Shown in pieces: positions 39,325 to 49,764 of a DNA stretch of 64,000 nucleotides. A model generated the notes under the pieces. The model searched no databases. It saw nothing but the letters and a program-made list of their open reading frames with translations, and was not told the origin of the DNA. Position 1 is the stretch's first letter. Each line of letters begins with the position of its first letter. This stretch comes from Polyangiales bacterium (GTDB taxonomy: Bacteria; Myxococcota_A; Polyangia; Polyangiales; Ga0077539), in contig JBGARZ010000011.1 in assembly GCA_044229975.1 (NCBI GenBank), forward strand, positions 32,001 through 96,000, in the 5' to 3' direction. The position numbers and the translations under genes were made by a program.

Positions 39325-39699
39325 CCCGAGAGCGATTGGCTCCCCTTCCACACGCGCCTGTCAAGTAGCTGACGGCGGTAGAAGTTGCGGCCGAGGAGGC
39401 GGGTGATCACCGAGGTGCGGCAGGACGCCACGAGCGACGTCATCGACGAAGGCTCGGAGATCCGCGAGGCGGCCGGTTGGTGCCAGGGTCCCGCGGGTGC
39501 ACCCGTCTCCGAGCGGGGCGCTCTACCTCGCTGACGTGTCCGCGACTCGACCAGCCGGGACGCCCCTCGAAGTCGACCACGCGGCGCTGGGTCTCGCGGA
39601 GGTCTCGATCAGCCCACAGGTCGCGTAGCCATGGGGACGCGCGCTCTGCCACGACACGATCGAGCAGACGTGCCGAGACCCCGCTGCGAGCACGTCTTC

Positions 39700-40322
39700 G
39701 GCGCAGTGCAGTCCGCGAGGTAGGGCGAGTGCGCGGTCGCGATGACCTGCGTGCCGGGCAAGGCATCGAGCGCCGTTCGCAGCCGCGCGATGAACTCGCC
39801 TTGGGCGCGGGGATGGAGCGCGCGGTCGATGTCATCGAGCAGCAGCACCCGCGGCGCCGCGGGTTCGTAGAGGCGCGTGAGGACGCCGAGCGTGAGCAGC
39901 GTTCCCTCGCGCGCGGCGTGGGCGGGCAACCAGTCGGTGTCGGTGAACTTGAGGAGGAGCTCGTCGGAGATGACGTTCGACTGCTCAGGGACGGTGACCT
40001 TCTGACCATCGACGGTCATCACCCTCGTGGTGAGCACCGTCTTCTGCACGCGCCGAAAGTTCATTGCGATCAGCGAAGGCACAACGGCACGCGCAGCCTC
40101 TTCGACCGTCGTCGGTCGCCTTGAGGTGCTTGAGCACGGTCGCCAGTCCAGCGCCGTTCGGTGCGAGCGTCGGCACCAGGTCTTCTGCGCGACCAGGCTC
40201 ACTGACTCCAGCACCGACGTCTTGCCCACCGCGTTGTCGCCCACCAGCAGCGTGAAGCGCGCGAGCGGCACCTTCGTGTCGGTGTGCCCGCGGTAGTTCT
40301 TCAGTTCGACCTCGGTGAGCAT
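39700..40322 (-). pseudogene. Decayed AAA_21/ABC-type ATPase (AbiEii/OLD-like)
   Basis: 'VELKNYRG', Walker A 'GDNAVGKTS', Walker B 'LLLDDIDRALHP', 'TAHSPYL'; central region deleted; 'LAPNGAGLATVL' is in another frame. Confidence 0.7.
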
Positions 40323-40343
40323 CGCCGCGGACGACATCGCAGG

Positions 40344-40378
40344 CCCGCCTACCGGTCGCGCTCCACCACGTAGTCCAC
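40344..40378. repeat. Direct repeat copy 1: duplicated 3' end of the polyprenyl synthetase gene
   Basis: cccgcctaccggtcgcgctccaccacgtagtccac matches 43737-43771 at 34/35. Confidence 0.9.
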
Positions 40379-40429
40379 GTGGGTCGCACCCCGTTGGAAC
40401 GTCGGCTCGTCATGATAGGCTTTCGATCG

Positions 40430-41824
40430 ATGCGGTCGGTGGTGGCGGGGTTCCTGACGTTCGCGTTCGCTTCGAGCTGTGAGCGCCCGCGCACCGAGCT
40501 CATCGTGCGGGTCGATTCCGAGCTCGCCTGGGGTGTTGGCGCGACGGTGCAGTCGGTGGTCCTGAGCGTACGCAGAGGAGGCCCCATCGGCCCGATGCGG
40601 AGTACGCGCATCACGGAGCTCGGATCGGGCGCCGGTCGCCAACCGCTCCCGCTTTCCGTCGGTGTCCTCCCCGCGGACGACGACCTCTCCACGCCGGTGT
40701 GGATCGAGGCGCTCGGATGCAGCAACGCCGCCGGATGTGATCGCGACACGGCGGTCGTCGCGCAGCGCGCAGTGGTCCGCTTCGTTCGTGGGCAGACGCA
40801 GGAGGTGACGCTGCTACTCGCCTCGGCCTGCGAGGCTGTCCAATGCGGGAGTGACGAGCGCTGCGCCACGGTTGCGGGCCGGTGCGAACCCGCGACCAGG
40901 GCGCAGGACACCGTGCGGACCTACGCCGTCGACTACGACGCGGCGCAGCCCCGTGAGGCCGGAGCGACGACGGACAGCGTCGACGCCGGAGCCCCTGAAG
41001 CCGCGACCGACCTCGGCGCCGACACCCACGATGGCGAGACCTTCGTGGACGTTCCCGTGCTGCTCGATGTCACTCCGACGGACGTCATCGCGCGGGTCGA
41101 TGTGGTGAGTCGAGACGACGGAACGACGGACCTCGGCACCGATCGACCCGACGCGGTGGACCTCGGGACCGGCGCCGAGTGCGAGGCGGCTGCTACGCGC
41201 GCCTGCTACACGGGCAACCCCTCCACGCGGATGGTTGGGCTGTGCACCGATGGGTTCCAACGCTGCGTGGGCGGTCGCTGGGCGACGGCGTGCAACGGAG
41301 AGATCGTCCCCGCGGTCGAGACGTGCAACGGCATCGACGACGACTGCGACCGGGCGGTGGACAACATCGCCACGTCGCCCTGCTACACGGGCGCGCCGGG
41401 TACGCAGGGCGTGGGTCTGTGCCGCGCGGGCACCTACCGCTGCGTGGGGAGCACCCGCGCCTGCGCCGGGCAGGTGGTGCCCCATTCGAGCGAGGTGTGC
41501 GGCAACAGGGTGGACGACAACTGCAATGGCATGACCGACGAAGGCTGCGCCACCACGAGCTGCCCCGCGACCAGCCCCGTCCGCTGGAACATCCCGGTCG
41601 GCACGGTCGGAGGCCCGGCGTGTCTCACCAGCGGAGGCGGCTATTGCGAGGGCACGGCGTACTGCTCCGGGGGCACCTGCTCCACCACTCCCCCGGCCGG
41701 TTGCGGCGGGCCGTTCTGCGCCACCTTTCACTGCAACGACGAAACGTATGTGCGCACGCAATATTGTGGCGTCGTCACGGAGTGCAACGGCGGTGTGGTC
41801 TCGGCCACCGGGTACCGGTGGTAG
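40430..41824 (+). CDS. Cys-rich lipoprotein with MopE-related/putative metal-binding repeats
   Basis: Lipobox 'ASSC'; 'ETCNGIDDDCD' and 'EVCGNRVDDNCNGMTDEGC'; start 40412 or 40430. Confidence 0.75.
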   Translation: MRSVVAGFLTFAFASSCERPRTELIVRVDSELAWGVGATVQSVVLSVRRGGPIGPMRSTRITELGSGAGRQPLPLSVGVLPADDDLSTPVWIEALGCSNAAGCDRDTAVVAQRAVVRFVRGQTQEVTLLLASACEAVQCGSDERCATVAGRCEPATRAQDTVRTYAVDYDAAQPREAGATTDSVDAGAPEAATDLGADTHDGETFVDVPVLLDVTPTDVIARVDVVSRDDGTTDLGTDRPDAVDLGTGAECEAAATRACYTGNPSTRMVGLCTDGFQRCVGGRWATACNGEIVPAVETCNGIDDDCDRAVDNIATSPCYTGAPGTQGVGLCRAGTYRCVGSTRACAGQVVPHSSEVCGNRVDDNCNGMTDEGCATTSCPATSPVRWNIPVGTVGGPACLTSGGGYCEGTAYCSGGTCSTTPPAGCGGPFCATFHCNDETYVRTQYCGVVTECNGGVVSATGYRW

Positions 41825-41863
41825 GACGACCAACGGACCTCACCGCAGGTGAGGCCAATGGGT

Positions 41864-42856
41864 CTACGGGCCGATCGGACGGAGCGTGGCCCCGACGTCG
41901 AAGGAGAGGCGACCGTCGCTCCCGTTGCAGATCACCACGACGGACGCGGCCTTCGGCGCGTCGCTCGCGTTGTCGTACCGGGCGAGCGCTGTAGAGCGCG
42001 TGACCTCGTCGACCGCACCAGCGAGGCAGCCCGTCTCGCCGCAAGGCGGCCGCACGAAGACCTTCGCGGGCGAACCGAGCGGGTCCGCGGGGCGCGTCGA
42101 CTCGGCGATCAGCGTCGTGCGCGGCGGCACCGTGATCGAGTAGTAGAGCGCGGGCTCCCTGTGCATCGCCGGGTTCTCGCTGCAGTACCCATTTCTCCCG
42201 GTCGTCAGCGCGAAGTCCTGGTCGCGCAGGACGACACCGGGGACGAGCGGCGTCGCGGTAGCGCAGGTGGCGTTGGCAGCGATCGGGCGGATGCGCACCC
42301 CAACGTCCACCGCCGTCGACGCACCAGCGAGGCCCTGGCTGGTGACCGCGATGAGCACGGTCCGTGACGCATCCTGGGTGTTCATGAAGAGGAGAGTGCC
42401 CAGCCCGGAGATGGTCTCCACGTCGTTCGGGAGGCAGGTGATGGCGTCGCAGTCCGACAGTGCGATGGCTGTGATTCCGCGGTTCCGGTTGTCGCTCAAG
42501 GTCACTTCGAGCGCGCCGCGGGCGGGCACCGTCGCCCGGTACCAGCGCGCGAAGACGTTCGGAGCAAACCTCCCGTCGCAGGTAGGAAGCGTCGAGAGCG
42601 TCCGCGGAAACGCCTGCGCTCGCAGGAGGTCGCCATCGTGTACCTCGCGCGCCTCTGCACAGCCCGCGTTGGGCGCGTCCACCGGGATCACCGCGGGGCG
42701 ATCCGACGACGGGGTGATGTCCGCGAGCGCTCCGAAGTCGATCGAGACGTTGGCGTCGAAGGTCGGCGGGCGGTCCGTCGCAGACTGCGAGCAGCCAACC
42801 ACAAGCGCAGACAAGCCGAGCATCGCCCCCAACAGACCGACGTGCGCTCGCCTCAT
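41864..42856 (-). CDS. Hypothetical lipoprotein (two PPC-like beta-sandwich repeats)
   Basis: GGAGG RBS; lipobox 'VVGC'; repeated 'N..C..A', 'Y..TVP.R..L'. Confidence 0.65.
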   Translation of the reverse strand: MRRAHVGLLGAMLGLSALVVGCSQSATDRPPTFDANVSIDFGALADITPSSDRPAVIPVDAPNAGCAEAREVHDGDLLRAQAFPRTLSTLPTCDGRFAPNVFARWYRATVPARGALEVTLSDNRNRGITAIALSDCDAITCLPNDVETISGLGTLLFMNTQDASRTVLIAVTSQGLAGASTAVDVGVRIRPIAANATCATATPLVPGVVLRDQDFALTTGRNGYCSENPAMHREPALYYSITVPPRTTLIAESTRPADPLGSPAKVFVRPPCGETGCLAGAVDEVTRSTALARYDNASDAPKAASVVVICNGSDGRLSFDVGATLRPIGP

Positions 42857-42962
42857 GGTGGTTCCTCCGAGGGTTTCATCTACGCCCCGCTCGCAAAGAG
42901 ATGCAAAGCCGCGGACGACCCGATGCGTTGCGCGATCACGCGGTGCGGAGCATCCTCGCGCC

Positions 42963-43454
42963 GTGAGCTGGAGGGTGGTCGAGCGGCGCATCGGGCGCGC
43001 GGGTGGCGTGAAGATGCGCGAGGCCCGGCAACGGGAGTGGGACCGCAAGTACGGCGAAAACTGGGCCGTGGGCTACGTCATCGACGGCGAGTTCGTGCTC
43101 CAGGAGAAGGCGCTGGAGACCGTCTATCACGCCAGCTACGACCGCCACTTCGCCGAGCACCCCGACGATCTCGCGGAGCTCATCGCGACGGCCCGGAGGC
43201 TCCGCAACCCGCACGCCGAAGCGACGACCGGGGTCGACCTCCAGGTGCCCGCGATTCTCGATTACCTCCACCGCCACGAGCTCAAGCTCCAGGGCGATGC
43301 CCTGGTCGACATCGGATCATGGAAGGGCGAGGCGTCGCACGCGCTGTCGATCCGCCTGTCGCCGGTGCATGTGCGCTGCGTGGCGGACCCGCGCGTCACC
43401 CTGGAGAGCTACTGGCAAGACCGTAAGTGCCTCGCCGTCTGGGACGACGAGTAG
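42963..43454 (+). CDS. Hypothetical protein
   Basis: GTG 42963; protein-like composition and GC3 bias, 'REWDRKYGENWAVGY...ESYWQDRKCLAVW'. Confidence 0.65.
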   Translation: MSWRVVERRIGRAGGVKMREARQREWDRKYGENWAVGYVIDGEFVLQEKALETVYHASYDRHFAEHPDDLAELIATARRLRNPHAEATTGVDLQVPAILDYLHRHELKLQGDALVDIGSWKGEASHALSIRLSPVHVRCVADPRVTLESYWQDRKCLAVWDDE

Positions 43455-43736
43455 GAAGGCGCGCCCACTCCCGGCACTCTCACCAGCGCTCGGTAGACCG
43501 TGCCCCCATCATGGACGTGCACGCCAGCGTTGACCGTCAACCATCCCAACGTCGTGGACGTCCCGGTCGTCCGCCATGGACGACCGTCCCGAGCTCGTAG
43601 ACCACCATCACGCGGTCATGGTCGACCCTCCCACCCAGGAGGGTCGCGACCCCGGTGCCACTCTTGAATTCCCGTTGTTCTGGCGAAGGTCGAGGGACCG
43701 CGATGAGAGCACGAGCGCGACGCTGCGCCGGGTCTC

Positions 43737-43771
43737 CCCGCCTACCGATCGCGCTCCACCACGTAGTCCAC
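43737..43771. repeat. Direct repeat copy 2 (true 3' end of the polyprenyl synthetase gene)
   Basis: cccgcctaccgatcgcgctccaccacgtagtccac. Confidence 0.9.
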
Positions 43772-44920
43772 CAGCGCTTGCAGCACCGCCCGGTGCACGC
43801 TCGGCCGCATCCACGTCCACGACGCCAGCATCGCACCCGCCGCCGCCGCTCGCCGCTGCGCCACACCGCGCGCATACCCCAGGCTGTCGTAGCGGTGCAC
43901 CCGCTCCAGCAACCAGTCGATGTCGTCTCGCGTCTTCGTCCGCGCGACGTCCTCCAGCAGCGCCACCAGCGCCGCCTGCCCTGCCCCGTCGATGTGCCCC
44001 GCGCCCACCAGCTCCGGAACCACCCGCCGCAGCCTCCCGGCCAGGTCGTCGCGCGCCGGATCAACGGTGTCCGGCCGCGGCCGATCGAGGATCTCCAGCG
44101 CCCTCGCCCGCTCCGCTTCGTCCATCGACCGCAGCGCGTGCAGCAGGATGAGCGTGTGCTTGCCCTCCCACAGATCGCCCGCGATCTCCTTGCCGTAATC
44201 CGACTCGCGCGCGAGCAGATTCAATACGTCGTCCTGTATCTGAAACGCCGCCCCCAGCGCCCCCGCGAACTCCTCCAGCGCCTTGATCTGCTCGTTGGGC
44301 GCGCCCGCCACGATGGCCCCGATGCGCACCGGCGCGATGAAGCTGTACCAGCCGGTCTTCTGGTCGACCATGTGGAGGTAGTCGTCGTCGGTGAGGTCCC
44401 ACCGCGCGCGGCGCACCCAGTCGAGCTCGATGGCCTGCCCCTCGGCCGACTCGCGCGCCATCACCGACACCGTCTCGAGGATCCGCAGCGCCCGACCCAT
44501 GTCGAGCTTGTGCATGTTGTCGAGCAGCGGTTGCAGCGCCATCGCCAGCATCGCGTCGCCCACGTTGACCGCGATCGGAACGCCATGCAGCCGCTGCAAC
44601 GTGAGTGCGTCGCGGCGCTTCTCCGAGCGGTCTTCCACGTCGTCGTGGATGAGAAACGCGTTGTGATACAGCTCCAGCACCGCGGCGCTCGGGAGCGCGC
44701 CCTCCAACGGCCCGCCCAGCGCCCGACACGCGGCGACGCACAGCGCCGGCCGCAGCCCCTTGGCGTCGCGCAGCGGGTAGTCGAGCATCAGGTCGTAGAG
44801 CACCTTCGACGCGCGCGAGTCCGTCGGAACCATCGCGCGAATCTCGTCGATGACCATCGCCCGGCACTCGGCGAGGTACTTCCCGAGGTCGACCTCGTCG
44901 ACGCCGCGCGCGCCGCTCAC
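43742..44920 (-). CDS. Polyprenyl diphosphate synthase (FPP/GGPP synthase family)
   Basis: 'KGLRPALC', FARM 'LIHDDVED..EKRR', 'KTGWYS', SARM 'FQIQDDVLN', 'DLWEGKHT'. Confidence 0.92.
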   Translation of the reverse strand: MSGARGVDEVDLGKYLAECRAMVIDEIRAMVPTDSRASKVLYDLMLDYPLRDAKGLRPALCVAACRALGGPLEGALPSAAVLELYHNAFLIHDDVEDRSEKRRDALTLQRLHGVPIAVNVGDAMLAMALQPLLDNMHKLDMGRALRILETVSVMARESAEGQAIELDWVRRARWDLTDDDYLHMVDQKTGWYSFIAPVRIGAIVAGAPNEQIKALEEFAGALGAAFQIQDDVLNLLARESDYGKEIAGDLWEGKHTLILLHALRSMDEAERARALEILDRPRPDTVDPARDDLAGRLRRVVPELVGAGHIDGAGQAALVALLEDVARTKTRDDIDWLLERVHRYDSLGYARGVAQRRAAAAGAMLASWTWMRPSVHRAVLQALVDYVVERDR

Positions 44921-45585
44921 GGGTCGTTGAGCAGCGGCAGGAGGTCTTCGAGGTCTTCGAAGACGTGGTCGGGCGCGGCGCGCACCAGGTCTTCGCGGCG
45001 ACCGTGGCCCCACGTCGCGGCGGCCGTTCGCATGCCCGCGGCCTTGCCCGCGAACACATCCCGCAAGGTGTCGCCCACCAGCAGGCAGCGGTCGGCCGGT
45101 GATTCGGCGCGACGCAAGAGCAGGTGCAGCAGGTCGGGCGCGGGCTTCGGCGGAATGCTCGTGCCCGCGGTGCCCTCGATGGAGCGAAAGAACCCCTCGA
45201 TGCCCAGGTGTCGACACACCGCGCGGGCCGTCTCGCTGCGCTTGGCGGTGGCGACGGCGAGCCACGGCCGCGGGCGCAGCAGCGAGAGCGCTTCGAGGGT
45301 CTCGAACACCCCTGGATACAGCCGCGTGTTGCTGTGCTGGAGGTTGTCGTACTGCGCGCGGTAGCAGCGGGCGAAGCGGTCGAACTGGGCCTCGGTGTGG
45401 CCGGGCGAGGCGACGGCGAAGATGGCTTCGAGCGGCGACCCGTCGACCAGCAGGTGCACCGGGTGCTCGGTGCGAACGCCCACCTCTGCGAGCGCAAACT
45501 CCAGGGCGAGGGTGATGTCCTTCGCGGAGTCGGCGAGGGTGCCGTCGAGGTCGAAGAACACGGCGGCAAAGCGGGGGACGCGCAT
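44917..45585 (-). CDS. HAD-family phosphatase (phosphoglycolate phosphatase-like)
   Basis: 'FDLDGTLADS', 'ATAK', 'KPAPD', 'VGDTLRDV'; GTGA overlap with the prenyltransferase. Confidence 0.9.
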   Translation of the reverse strand: MRVPRFAAVFFDLDGTLADSAKDITLALEFALAEVGVRTEHPVHLLVDGSPLEAIFAVASPGHTEAQFDRFARCYRAQYDNLQHSNTRLYPGVFETLEALSLLRPRPWLAVATAKRSETARAVCRHLGIEGFFRSIEGTAGTSIPPKPAPDLLHLLLRRAESPADRCLLVGDTLRDVFAGKAAGMRTAAATWGHGRREDLVRAAPDHVFEDLEDLLPLLNDP

Positions 45586-45711
45586 CGGTGGAGGACCCGC
45601 AGGATGCCGTGACATGGGTGACCGAGGCAACGGGCTCGCGCTGGGAAACTCGCGCCCGACACGACGCCACTGATAGTGTGGTCGCCGCACTTTGCTGGAG
45701 GTCGATCGTCG

Positions 45712-48285
45712 ATGAGCACTCGTAGGACACACCGCTCCGTCACCTTGATCGCGCTGCTGGGCGCCGCGCTGGCGGGCTGTTCGCAGGGCCTGAGCGTGGT
45801 GGGCGGCCCGGCCGACGCGGCGCCGACGACCAACGACCTCGGCCTCGCCGACGCCACCGCCGAAGCGGGCATGGACTCAGGCATCGACGCGAGCACGCCC
45901 ATGGACGTCACCGCGGACACCGCGGCCGACGTCGCGGCGGACGTCGGGATGGACACCCCGGCCGACATGGGCCCGCCCCGCTGCCTGGGCGCGATGGACT
46001 GCATGGGCATGACGGGCCGCGAGACCTGCGACACGAGCAGCGGGCGGTGCGTTCAGTGCGTGGCCTCGGCCGACACCTGCCCCGCGTCGGAGCACTGCAA
46101 CGGCGCCACCAACACCTGCGAGCCGGGCTGCCGCAGCGACGAGGGCTGCGCGTCGTCCGCCGGGCCGACGGACTCGGGCGTGTTGCCGAGCCTGCGCTGC
46201 GACACGGCCAACAACCGCTGCGTGCAGTGCGTCGTCAACGAGCACTGCCCGTCGGGCAACCTCTGCGTGGGCAACGTCTGCGTGATGGGCTGCACCGCCG
46301 GGAGCGCCTGCCCGTCGGGCCAGACCTGCTGCTCGGGCGCGTGCGTCGACGCGCAGACCAACCTCGCCAACTGCGGAACCTGCGGCACCCGCTGCTCGGT
46401 TCCCAACGCCGCGCAGCTCTGCCTCAACGGCACCTGCGCCGTCGCCTCGTGCTCGACGGGCTTCGGCGACTGCGACATGACCGGCGCCAACGGCTGCGAG
46501 ACCAACACCCAGACCGACCTCATGCACTGCGGCGCCTGCAACCGCGCGTGCCCGGTGCGCGCCAACGCGACGTCGTCGTGCGCCGCGGGCACGTGCAGCT
46601 TCACCTGCAACGCGGGCTTCGCCGACTGCGACATGGACCCGTCCAACGGCTGCGAGGTCGACACCAACGGCAGCACCGCCAACTGCGGCGCCTGCCGCGC
46701 GGCGTGCAACCCGGCCAACGCGACGGCCGCCTGCGTCGCCGGGGCGTGCACCATCACCGCCTGCGATGAGGGCTTCGGCAACTGCGATGGGAACGTTCCC
46801 AACGGGTGCGAGACCAACGTCCGCACGAGCGTGACCCACTGCGGCCGCTGCATGAACGAGTGCCCCGCGCGCCCCAACGGCTTCCCCGGCTGCGTCGGCG
46901 GAGCGTGCGTCATCTCCTGCCAGTCGGGCTTCGCCGACTGCAACGACATGGAGGCCGACGGCTGCGAGGCCAACACCCGCACCTCCACCACCAACTGCGG
47001 CTCGTGCGGCCGCGAGTGCATGGCTTCGGGCGGCACCGCGAGCTGCGTGTCTTCGGTGTGCCGCGTGGCGGGCTGCGACCCGGGCCGCGGCGACTGCGAC
47101 GGCATGACGGGCAACGGCTGCGAGGTCGACGTCACCAGCACCGTCGCCCACTGCGGGGGCTGCGGGATGGCGTGCCCGGCGCGGGCCAACTCCACGCCGA
47201 CCTGCGCGGCGGGCGCGTGCGGCCTCACCTGCACCACGGGCTTCGGCGACTGCGACCTCGCCATCGCCAACGGCTGCGAGGTCAACACCACCAACACCGT
47301 CGCCCACTGCGGGGCCTGCGGTCGGATGTGCGGCCTGGCCAACGCGACGGCCGGGTGCGCCGCGAGCGCGTGCACCGTGGCCGCGTGCGACACGGGCTTC
47401 GGCGACTGCAACAACGTGGCGGGCGACGGCTGCGAGGTCGACGTGCGCAGCAGCGCGGCCCACTGCGGCACCTGCGGCAACACGTGCAACTACCGCAACG
47501 CGACGGGCGTGTGCCGCGGCGGAACGTGCTCCATGGGCGCCTGCAACGCGGGCTTCTCGGACTGCAACTACAACCCTGCTGACGGCTGCGAGACCACCGG
47601 GGCGTGTGTGTACGCGAGCTGCAACGCGATTCCGCGGGCGGCGCCGACGGGGGTCTACACCCTCAACGCGGGCGGCTCGAACTGGAGCGCCTACTGCGAC
47701 ATGACCAACGACGGCGGCGGCTGGACGCTGGTGATGAAGGTCCCCGGCCGCGACCCGGGCTTCGTCTACACGAGCGCCATCTGGACGGACACCTCGGTGC
47801 TCAACGTGGGCTCGCTCGACCTGTCGACGACGCCGGCGAAGTTCGCCGGGTTCTCGACGCTGACCTTCACGCAGCTCCGTCTGGGGATGATCGACGGCTC
47901 GCCGCGGTACATCGTGGTCAACGCCGTGGCCTCGCCCGCGGGCTCTCTGCGCGAGGTGCTCGCTGGTCCGGCGCGGGCCTTCGCCACGCCCCCCGGGCGC
48001 GCCGCCTGGTACAGCCTGCTGAGCTCGCCTTCGTTGCAACCCTTCTGCAACGCCCAGGGCTTCAACCAGATCAGCGGCGGCAACTACCAGGCGGTTCGCA
48101 TCGGCATCCTGACCAACCAGGAGAACGACTGCTCCACCTCCGACTCCCGCATTGGGTTTGGCGGTCTGTACAACCAGTGCGAGGGCGGCCTGGGCGCCAA
48201 CATCTCCAGCGGCAACGTCGCGAGCTGCGGCGCGGAAAACGGCAGCCGCGCGACGGAGGTCTACGGCCTCATCTTCGTGCGCTGA
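45712..48285 (+). CDS. Cys-rich repeat lipoprotein with C-terminal fibrinogen-like YCDxxxxGGGW domain
   Basis: Lipobox 'LAGC'; 7 full and 1 partial repeats of about 52 aa 'GFxDCD...NGCE......HCGxC'; '[17 protein letters not shown]'. Confidence 0.85.
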   Translation: MSTRRTHRSVTLIALLGAALAGCSQGLSVVGGPADAAPTTNDLGLADATAEAGMDSGIDASTPMDVTADTAADVAADVGMDTPADMGPPRCLGAMDCMGMTGRETCDTSSGRCVQCVASADTCPASEHCNGATNTCEPGCRSDEGCASSAGPTDSGVLPSLRCDTANNRCVQCVVNEHCPSGNLCVGNVCVMGCTAGSACPSGQTCCSGACVDAQTNLANCGTCGTRCSVPNAAQLCLNGTCAVASCSTGFGDCDMTGANGCETNTQTDLMHCGACNRACPVRANATSSCAAGTCSFTCNAGFADCDMDPSNGCEVDTNGSTANCGACRAACNPANATAACVAGACTITACDEGFGNCDGNVPNGCETNVRTSVTHCGRCMNECPARPNGFPGCVGGACVISCQSGFADCNDMEADGCEANTRTSTTNCGSCGRECMASGGTASCVSSVCRVAGCDPGRGDCDGMTGNGCEVDVTSTVAHCGGCGMACPARANSTPTCAAGACGLTCTTGFGDCDLAIANGCEVNTTNTVAHCGACGRMCGLANATAGCAASACTVAACDTGFGDCNNVAGDGCEVDVRSSAAHCGTCGNTCNYRNATGVCRGGTCSMGACNAGFSDCNYNPADGCETTGACVYASCNAIPRAAPTGVYTLNAGGSNWSAYCDMTNDGGGWTLVMKVPGRDPGFVYTSAIWTDTSVLNVGSLDLSTTPAKFAGFSTLTFTQLRLGMIDGSPRYIVVNAVASPAGSLREVLAGPARAFATPPGRAAWYSLLSSPSLQPFCNAQGFNQISGGNYQAVRIGILTNQENDCSTSDSRIGFGGLYNQCEGGLGANISSGNVASCGAENGSRATEVYGLIFVR

Positions 48286-48296
48286 CCAGCAGACCC

Positions 48297-49247
48297 ATGG
48301 CGACGGCGTCCGTCCGCTTCGAGGATCACCGCGCGGCCCTGACCGGCCACTGCTACCGCATGCTGGGTTCGGTGGCCGACGCGGACGACGCCGTGCAGGA
48401 GACCATGGTGCGCGCGTGGCGCTCCTACGAGCGCTTCGACGGGCGCTCGTCGCTGCGGACGTGGCTGCACCGCATCGCCACCAACACCTGCCTCGACGCG
48501 TTGTCCGATCGCTCGCACCGCGCCCGGCCCTTCGAAGAAGGCCCGTCCAACACCGTCGACGATGAGATCGTGGCGAAGGCCCGCACCCACTGGCTGGAGC
48601 CCATCGCCGAGGCGCACGCCATCCCCGCGGACATCGATCCGTCGGAGCGGGCGGTGCTGCGGCAGAGCATCCGGCTGGCCTTCGTGGCGGCGCTGCAACG
48701 GTTGCCTCCGAAGCAGCGGGCGGCGCTGCTGCTGACGGAGGTGCTCGACTGGTCGGCGGCGGAGGTGGCCGACGCGCTCGACACGTCGGTGGAGGCGATC
48801 AACAGCGCGCTGCAACGGGCGCGGGCGACCATGCGGCAGCACGACCGGGCGACGGAACCCGCGGAGCTCACCGAGGGGCAGCGGCGGATGCTCGACCGCT
48901 ACGTGGATGCGTTTCACCGCTACGACGTCGACGGGCTCACGGCGCTGCTGCGCGAGGACGCGACGCTGTCGATGCCGCCGTACTCGTTCTGGTTGCAGGG
49001 GCCCGAGACGATTCACGCATGGCTCAACGGCCGTGGCAGCGGGTGCCGCGGGTCGCGACTGGTGGAAGTGGCGGCGGGCGGGGCACCGGCCTTCGCGCAG
49101 TACCGGCCGAAGCCTGAGGGCGGTCACGCGGCGTGGGCGCTCATCGTGCTGGAGCTCGACGGCGAGAGCATCCGCGGGTGGAACTCCTTCCTCGACGTCG
49201 AGACCCACTTCCCGCGGCTCGGTCTGGTGATGGAACTCCCCGCGTAG
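48297..49247 (+). CDS. ECF sigma-70 factor with SnoaL-like C-terminal extension (SigG-like)
   Basis: '[25 protein letters not shown]', '[12 protein letters not shown]', '[11 protein letters not shown]', '[11 protein letters not shown]'. Confidence 0.92.
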   Translation: MATASVRFEDHRAALTGHCYRMLGSVADADDAVQETMVRAWRSYERFDGRSSLRTWLHRIATNTCLDALSDRSHRARPFEEGPSNTVDDEIVAKARTHWLEPIAEAHAIPADIDPSERAVLRQSIRLAFVAALQRLPPKQRAALLLTEVLDWSAAEVADALDTSVEAINSALQRARATMRQHDRATEPAELTEGQRRMLDRYVDAFHRYDVDGLTALLREDATLSMPPYSFWLQGPETIHAWLNGRGSGCRGSRLVEVAAGGAPAFAQYRPKPEGGHAAWALIVLELDGESIRGWNSFLDVETHFPRLGLVMELPA

Positions 49248-49359
49248 AAAATCGTCCGACGACCGATGAGTCTGTCTTCGGGGCGGAGTCCAAGGGGCAT
49301 CAACCCGACGCTCTGCACGACGCGGAGCGCGGCAACGACCCGAGAAAGCGAGAACTCCG

Positions 49360-49761
49360 ATGCCCAGCCGAAAGCTCTTCGTCAACCTGCCGGTGCGCGA
49401 CCTGAAGAAGTCCGTGGCCTTCTTCACGAGCCTCGGGTTCGCCTTCAACCCGAAGTTCACCGACGACAAGGCGGCCTGCATGATCGTCAGCGAGGAGGCC
49501 TTCGTGATGCTCCTCGTGCATCCGTTCTTCAACACCTTCACGAAGCGCGAGATCTGCGACGAGAAGCACGTCGAGGCGCTGTTCTCGATCTCGTGTGAGA
49601 GCCGCGCGGAGGTTGACGAGCTGGTGAAGAAGGCCCTCGCCAACGGGGCCGCCCCCGACGTCGACCCGGAGGATCACGGCTTCATGTACTCGTGGAGCTT
49701 CTACGACCTCGACGGCCACGGCTGGGGCGTCCTCTGGATGGACCCGGCCGCCGCGGCGTAG
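49360..49761 (+). CDS. VOC/glyoxalase family protein
   Basis: 'FVNLPVRDLKKSVAFFTSLGF', 'DHGFMYSWSFYDLDGHGW'. Confidence 0.9.
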   Translation: MPSRKLFVNLPVRDLKKSVAFFTSLGFAFNPKFTDDKAACMIVSEEAFVMLLVHPFFNTFTKREICDEKHVEALFSISCESRAEVDELVKKALANGAAPDVDPEDHGFMYSWSFYDLDGHGWGVLWMDPAAAA

Positions 49762-49764
49762 GGA

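Noticed and set aside
40349..40642. 97-aa minus-strand ORF ending VDYVVERDR
   Set aside because: Only the last residues are meaningful (the duplicated prenyltransferase end); the rest is antisense to a lipoprotein gene
43460..43736. Possible small gene or ncRNA in the gap beside the direct repeat
   Set aside because: No convincing start, motif or stable structure recognisable by eye
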